Positions 60,139 through 64,000 of a stretch of 64,000 nt of DNA are shown here, in pieces. Location of the stretch: assembly GCA_950097015.1 (NCBI GenBank), contig CATNEN010000041.1, forward strand, positions 558,001 through 622,000. The letters run 5' to 3'. Under the pieces are notes generated by a model that saw nothing but the letters and a program-made list of their open reading frames with translations, made no database searches and was not told the DNA's origin. A program made the position numbers and the translations under genes. How positions within the stretch are numbered: position 1 is the stretch's first letter; each line of letters opens with the position of its first letter. Source of the DNA: Macrostomum hystrix (taxonomy: Eukaryota; Animalia; Platyhelminthes).

Positions 60139-60771
60139 TCAAAACTGCTCAAATTCTTCTTGAGTCTTCGCCGCTTTATCGTCAAATAATTCTTCAGCCT
60201 CCTGTCCCGTTTCCATTTCTTCCGGCTCCTCATGGGACAGGGGCAGCACACCGGCGGAGTCGGTGGAGGATTTGCGCAGTATCTTCGATTTCCGCTGTCC
60301 GCCGTCATTAGCGATCTGTGAGCCGCCGAAGAGCTGCTGCAGCTCCTCCTTCGCTGCCTGCTCATTGTGACCGCGGTGGTTGCAGCGAATGATGGTGGCA
60401 GCGAACTGATCCTTGGCCAGGATCTGCACCAGGCAGCTACTGCTCTGGGACCTTGCGTGCGCCACCGAGTCGCAGGCAAACAGCATCATGCTCGAGTAGT
60501 CGAGGCGGGTCGAGTGCAGCCAGCCGCAGTCGAAGCACTGGCTGTCGATGCCGATAGAGCTCCACAGGCTGGTGTAAAAGTCCACCAGCTCGGCGTGATG
60601 CAGGAAGCCCGGATGACCCCGCAAGGCCCAGCTGGGCTGCGCGCTGCCGTCCCGTCTTTTCAGCTGGAACACCGCGAACGGGTAGAAGACGGAGGCAACG
60701 CCAGGGCTGGAGTACAGGTCGCAGAGAGCCTCGGATGGGTGGGAGATCAGGTGGCGGGGCTGGTCAGGCAC
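60139..60771 (-). CDS. Hypothetical protein (probable terminal exon), acidic C-terminus
   Basis: 210-codon, GC3-rich, non-repetitive frame ending in a stop. No family recognised. Confidence 0.45.
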   Translation of the reverse strand: MPDQPRHLISHPSEALCDLYSSPGVASVFYPFAVFQLKRRDGSAQPSWALRGHPGFLHHAELVDFYTSLWSSIGIDSQCFDCGWLHSTRLDYSSMMLFACDSVAHARSQSSSCLVQILAKDQFAATIIRCNHRGHNEQAAKEELQQLFGGSQIANDGGQRKSKILRKSSTDSAGVLPLSHEEPEEMETGQEAEELFDDKAAKTQEEFEQF

Positions 60772-60794
60772 CCAGTGAGCCAGCTCGGAGGCCT

Positions 60795-60985
60795 TGTTGG
60801 TCGTACACTGGCGATGGCTGGCCAGGATAGCACTAGGATTGCTAGTACACTGGAGATGGCTGGCCAGTTCTGGATAGCACTAGGATTGCTAGTACACTGG
60901 AGATAGCTGGCCAGGATAGCACTAGGATTGCTAGTACACTGGCGATGGCTGGCCTGCAGTTCTGGATAGCACTAGGATTGCTAGA
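60795..60985. repeat. About 41-47-bp tandem repeat, about 4 units
   Basis: Core GGATAGCACTAGGATTGCTAGTACACTGG. Confidence 0.85.
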
Positions 60986-61677
60986 CTGTCTCTCAAACTC
61001 GCTTGATTTTCTATTAAAATTCGAACCGCAATTGACAACACCTCAAATAAACTAGCTCGGCACAATTGGTCTATGGTCAAAACTGCCTGTTGGGCTGTAA
61101 AGAAGCCAAAACTCAGGAACTCAAAAACATGGCATCAATCCTTGTGGCTGCTTTCTGAAAGTCCCGTTTTCTGGTGCACAGAGAATTTTTGCCGCTGAGG
61201 CTCCAGACAGGAAAGCGTAGCTCACGGCAGCCACCCAGGCTGGCGAAGAGTCGGTCATAAATTGCTGAAAAATAATAAATATCGCTAAGAAGCTTGTCAT
61301 TTTTTACTAGCGAGTCCGAACACTGCTGCAATTGAAACCTGGAAATATCCGTGCAGAGCGTTTGGTGCTACTCATGCGCACTCAGTAGTCTATATCATCC
61401 GTGCAGAGCATGCTGTGCTACTCATGCGCACTCAGTAGTCTGTATTTGGAGTGCGAAACTCATTTGAATAAAACTCGAGACAAAGCGGGCGCTCTCCGGT
61501 GCGCGAGCATGGGGTTGGTGACATGAGCTAGTTTATTTGATTTGTTAGAATTGCACAGAGATAGCTGCATGCCATCTACTAGGCAGCATCCGGGATGTTC
61601 GCAAAGGAAGAGAACCAATTCCCATTTAGAGAAAAATAGTGCACATCGATAAGAGTACAGAGAAGGTCAGTAGCCAA

Positions 61678-62037
61678 TCAGCTGCAAGGCTGGGTCATGT
61701 CGCTTGCCAGGCCCTTGTAGATCTTGCAGTCCGGCCCCCTGTAGGAGCGGCAGTTGCCATCGTCCGGCGGCAGTTTATCGCCCAGCAGGCAGTCGCCCCA
61801 GAAGCAGCTCATGCAGCTGTACTGCTCAACACGACCTGTGCGGAATGTCTCGTTAGTCGAGGACGGGAACACCTTCATGCACGCGCTGAACTGTGTGATG
61901 TACTTGCTTTCCAGCTGCTGCGACAGAGACTGGCCCCCGATCACCAGGCTGTCCAGGTAGGAGGGGCCGCATGCCTGAGCCTGTTCGCAGCAGGCCACAG
62001 CCGCAGCGAGACAAAGCAGAGCCACGCAGCGAGACAT
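61678..62037 (-). CDS. Small secreted cysteine-rich protein, 119 aa
   Basis: MSRCVALLCLAAAVACCEQAQA resembles a signal peptide. The predicted mature part starts CGPS and has 8 Cys. GC3-rich codons; a splice acceptor lies just upstream of the ATG. Confidence 0.7.
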   Translation of the reverse strand: MSRCVALLCLAAAVACCEQAQACGPSYLDSLVIGGQSLSQQLESKYITQFSACMKVFPSSTNETFRTGRVEQYSCMSCFWGDCLLGDKLPPDDGNCRSYRGPDCKIYKGLASDMTQPCS

Positions 62038-62665
62038 GACGGCAGTTACTGTCTGAAATTTAATTTTTTTCCTGTCTGCAAAATGATTCAACAGGTGAGA
62101 TTGCTTGGTGGGCTATGGCTTCGGAGGCAGCGGGCCCTGCAGCTGAATTTATACCCTGTCGGATCCTCCACCGCCCGCGAGATTATCCCGCATAATCCTA
62201 TTTATTTCTGTTGCCACCAAGTCCTTCAAGCTTGGCGGATTAGCCATGCCCCATTGTGCGAAGTGGACATTGTAAATACCAGCTGTGACACGGGAGAACA
62301 AAAGGCCCAACTATCTCGGCAAATCGAATGGAGAGCCAATTATTGAATAATTTGAACTTACCAAATTTGAGATGATCGGCTTATCGGCAAGGTGACAGGC
62401 GACCTCTGAGCCAAGGATTTTTGCTTTTCCTGGAGTTCATTGGCTTGGCGGGTTAAATAGGCGAGAAATGACCGCTCAGGCAGCTGTTTACATGAATTTG
62501 ATGCAAACAGTAAACAATCTATTTACTGTTTGCATGACTCCCGAGAATCACACGACAGCCTCCCCCAGACTCACCGGCTGACAGACAGTGTCAAATAAAA
62601 CACAAAGTTTACCTATTATTAGGCTGCTGTGCACATTCCCACGCTTAGTCCGAAAATGCCGCAGG

Positions 62666-62841
62666 AGATTCACATAGAATTCACATAGAATTCACATAGA
62701 ATTCACATAGAATTCACATAGAATTCACATAGAATTCACATAGAATTCACATAGAATTCACATAGAATTCACATAGAATTCACATAGAATTCACATAGAA
62801 TTCACATAGAATTCACATAGAATTCACATAGAATTCACATA
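62666..62841. repeat. 11-bp tandem repeat, about 16 units
   Basis: Unit AATTCACATAG. Confidence 0.95.
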
Positions 62842-63695
62842 ATTCCGCGAGCAGTAGCCAACAATAAAAAGTTGTCATTGCAGCTCGGAGCAGAAGAAGC
62901 AGAAGACAGAGCGAAAGCAATAAAACACAGATTTTGCGTGTTTGCTTGCTCACATTTGGGTGTTCTTTAATATGCGCACAACGCGGTGCATTTGTCTATT
63001 TTTGGGTTCGGAGGCCCGCTTAGAAATAGACAAATATTAAAAAATGATTTCTTATAATTATATGCAGAAGTCCATAGAAAAATAGATAATATGCTGCTGA
63101 GTTTGCAAGGTAGAGATAGCTTAATACAATAGACTTGTGTGGCAGTAGGTTAAACTGTTTAGACTAAAATTAAAATCTTAAAAAAATTTCAGCGGCATAA
63201 ATAGGAGAATACATTCGGATAAGGATTTTCAACAAAAAACTGACAGTTGAAATAAAAAAATCGATAGTCAATAATCAACCTTTGTGTGCTTAAATGGCTT
63301 CTCAGCATTGGAATTCGAATCGGTGCGCATATCTAAATAGCAGCACATTAAAACAAATTAAATAAAAAAAATCTGCAAATTATTTTAATATTAAGTCACT
63401 ATATCCATAAAGCAATATAACATAAAATAAGAAAATATAATATCCCTGGAATTGGGGCAGAACACAGACATAATGCAACCGCTGCAATCTGCAACAGCTG
63501 CCAACTGCAACCGCTGCAATCTGCAACAGCTGCAATCTGCTGCAATGTACAAATCGTCACAAAAAATAAAATGATGTCAATCAACTGCTCAAGAAAAGGA
63601 ATGTGAAGCATAATCTGTTACTTTGGTGCTCAGTAATGACAAAGATAGGCACATTATAAAGATACCGCATTAGTGCACGTGCAAACTGTTAGAGC

Positions 63696-64000
63696 ATCTG
63701 ACATAATCCACCACAGTCTGACATAATCCACCACAGTCTGACATACTCCACCACAGTCTGACATAATCCACCACAGTCTGACATAATCCATCACAGTCTG
63801 ACAATCCATCACAGTCTGACAATCCATCACAGTCTGACAATCCATCACAGTCTGACATAATCCACCACAGTCTGACATAATCCACCACAGTCTGACATAA
63901 TCCATCACAGTCTGACAATCCATCACAGTCTGACATAATCCACCACAGTCTGACATAATCCATCACAGTCTGACAATCCATCACAGTCTGACAATCCATC
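63696..64000. repeat. 17/20-bp mixed tandem repeat running off the window
   Basis: Units CA(C/T)CACAGTCTGACA(TAA)TC. Confidence 0.92.

Overview
Eukaryotic (metazoan invertebrate) genomic DNA with spliceosomal introns, many minisatellites and no prokaryotic features. The overall style suggests a flatworm such as Macrostomum; that is inference only. The window has two sharply different halves. (1) About 1-33.3 kb is a mosaic of nested and truncated transposons with no recognisable host gene: 2 piggyBac, 1 internally deleted P/THAP element, 2 mariner (DD34D), 3 long-TIR IS630/Tc1-like elements, 2 Gypsy LTR elements, a solo LTR, a 56-bp micro-MITE, and six Crypton-like (DUF3504/KCTD1/ZMYM-type) tyrosine-recombinase (YR) genes or fragments. 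(2) About 34-64 kb holds host genes (GT32 glycosyltransferase, a Tbx20-like T-box gene, parvin, a peptide-type class A GPCR, a small secreted Cys-rich protein, one unknown ORF) among minisatellites, tRNA-derived SINEs and a collapsed LINE. The most striking unexplained signals are in the transposon block. The 8-mer CCATAGAC occurs exactly at least 25 times there (counted by eye) against once in the rest of the window. Five of the six YR genes are preceded, in their own orientation, by hairpin + 5-25 nt + CCATAGAC. Three related YR elements sit head-to-tail, each ending in such a junction, like an integron-style cassette array. Finally, 16 of 17 transposon-block ORFs lie on the + strand, as in a uni-strand piRNA-cluster-like trap. 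Many single-base frameshifts may be long-read assembly errors. All alignments and counts were done by eye.
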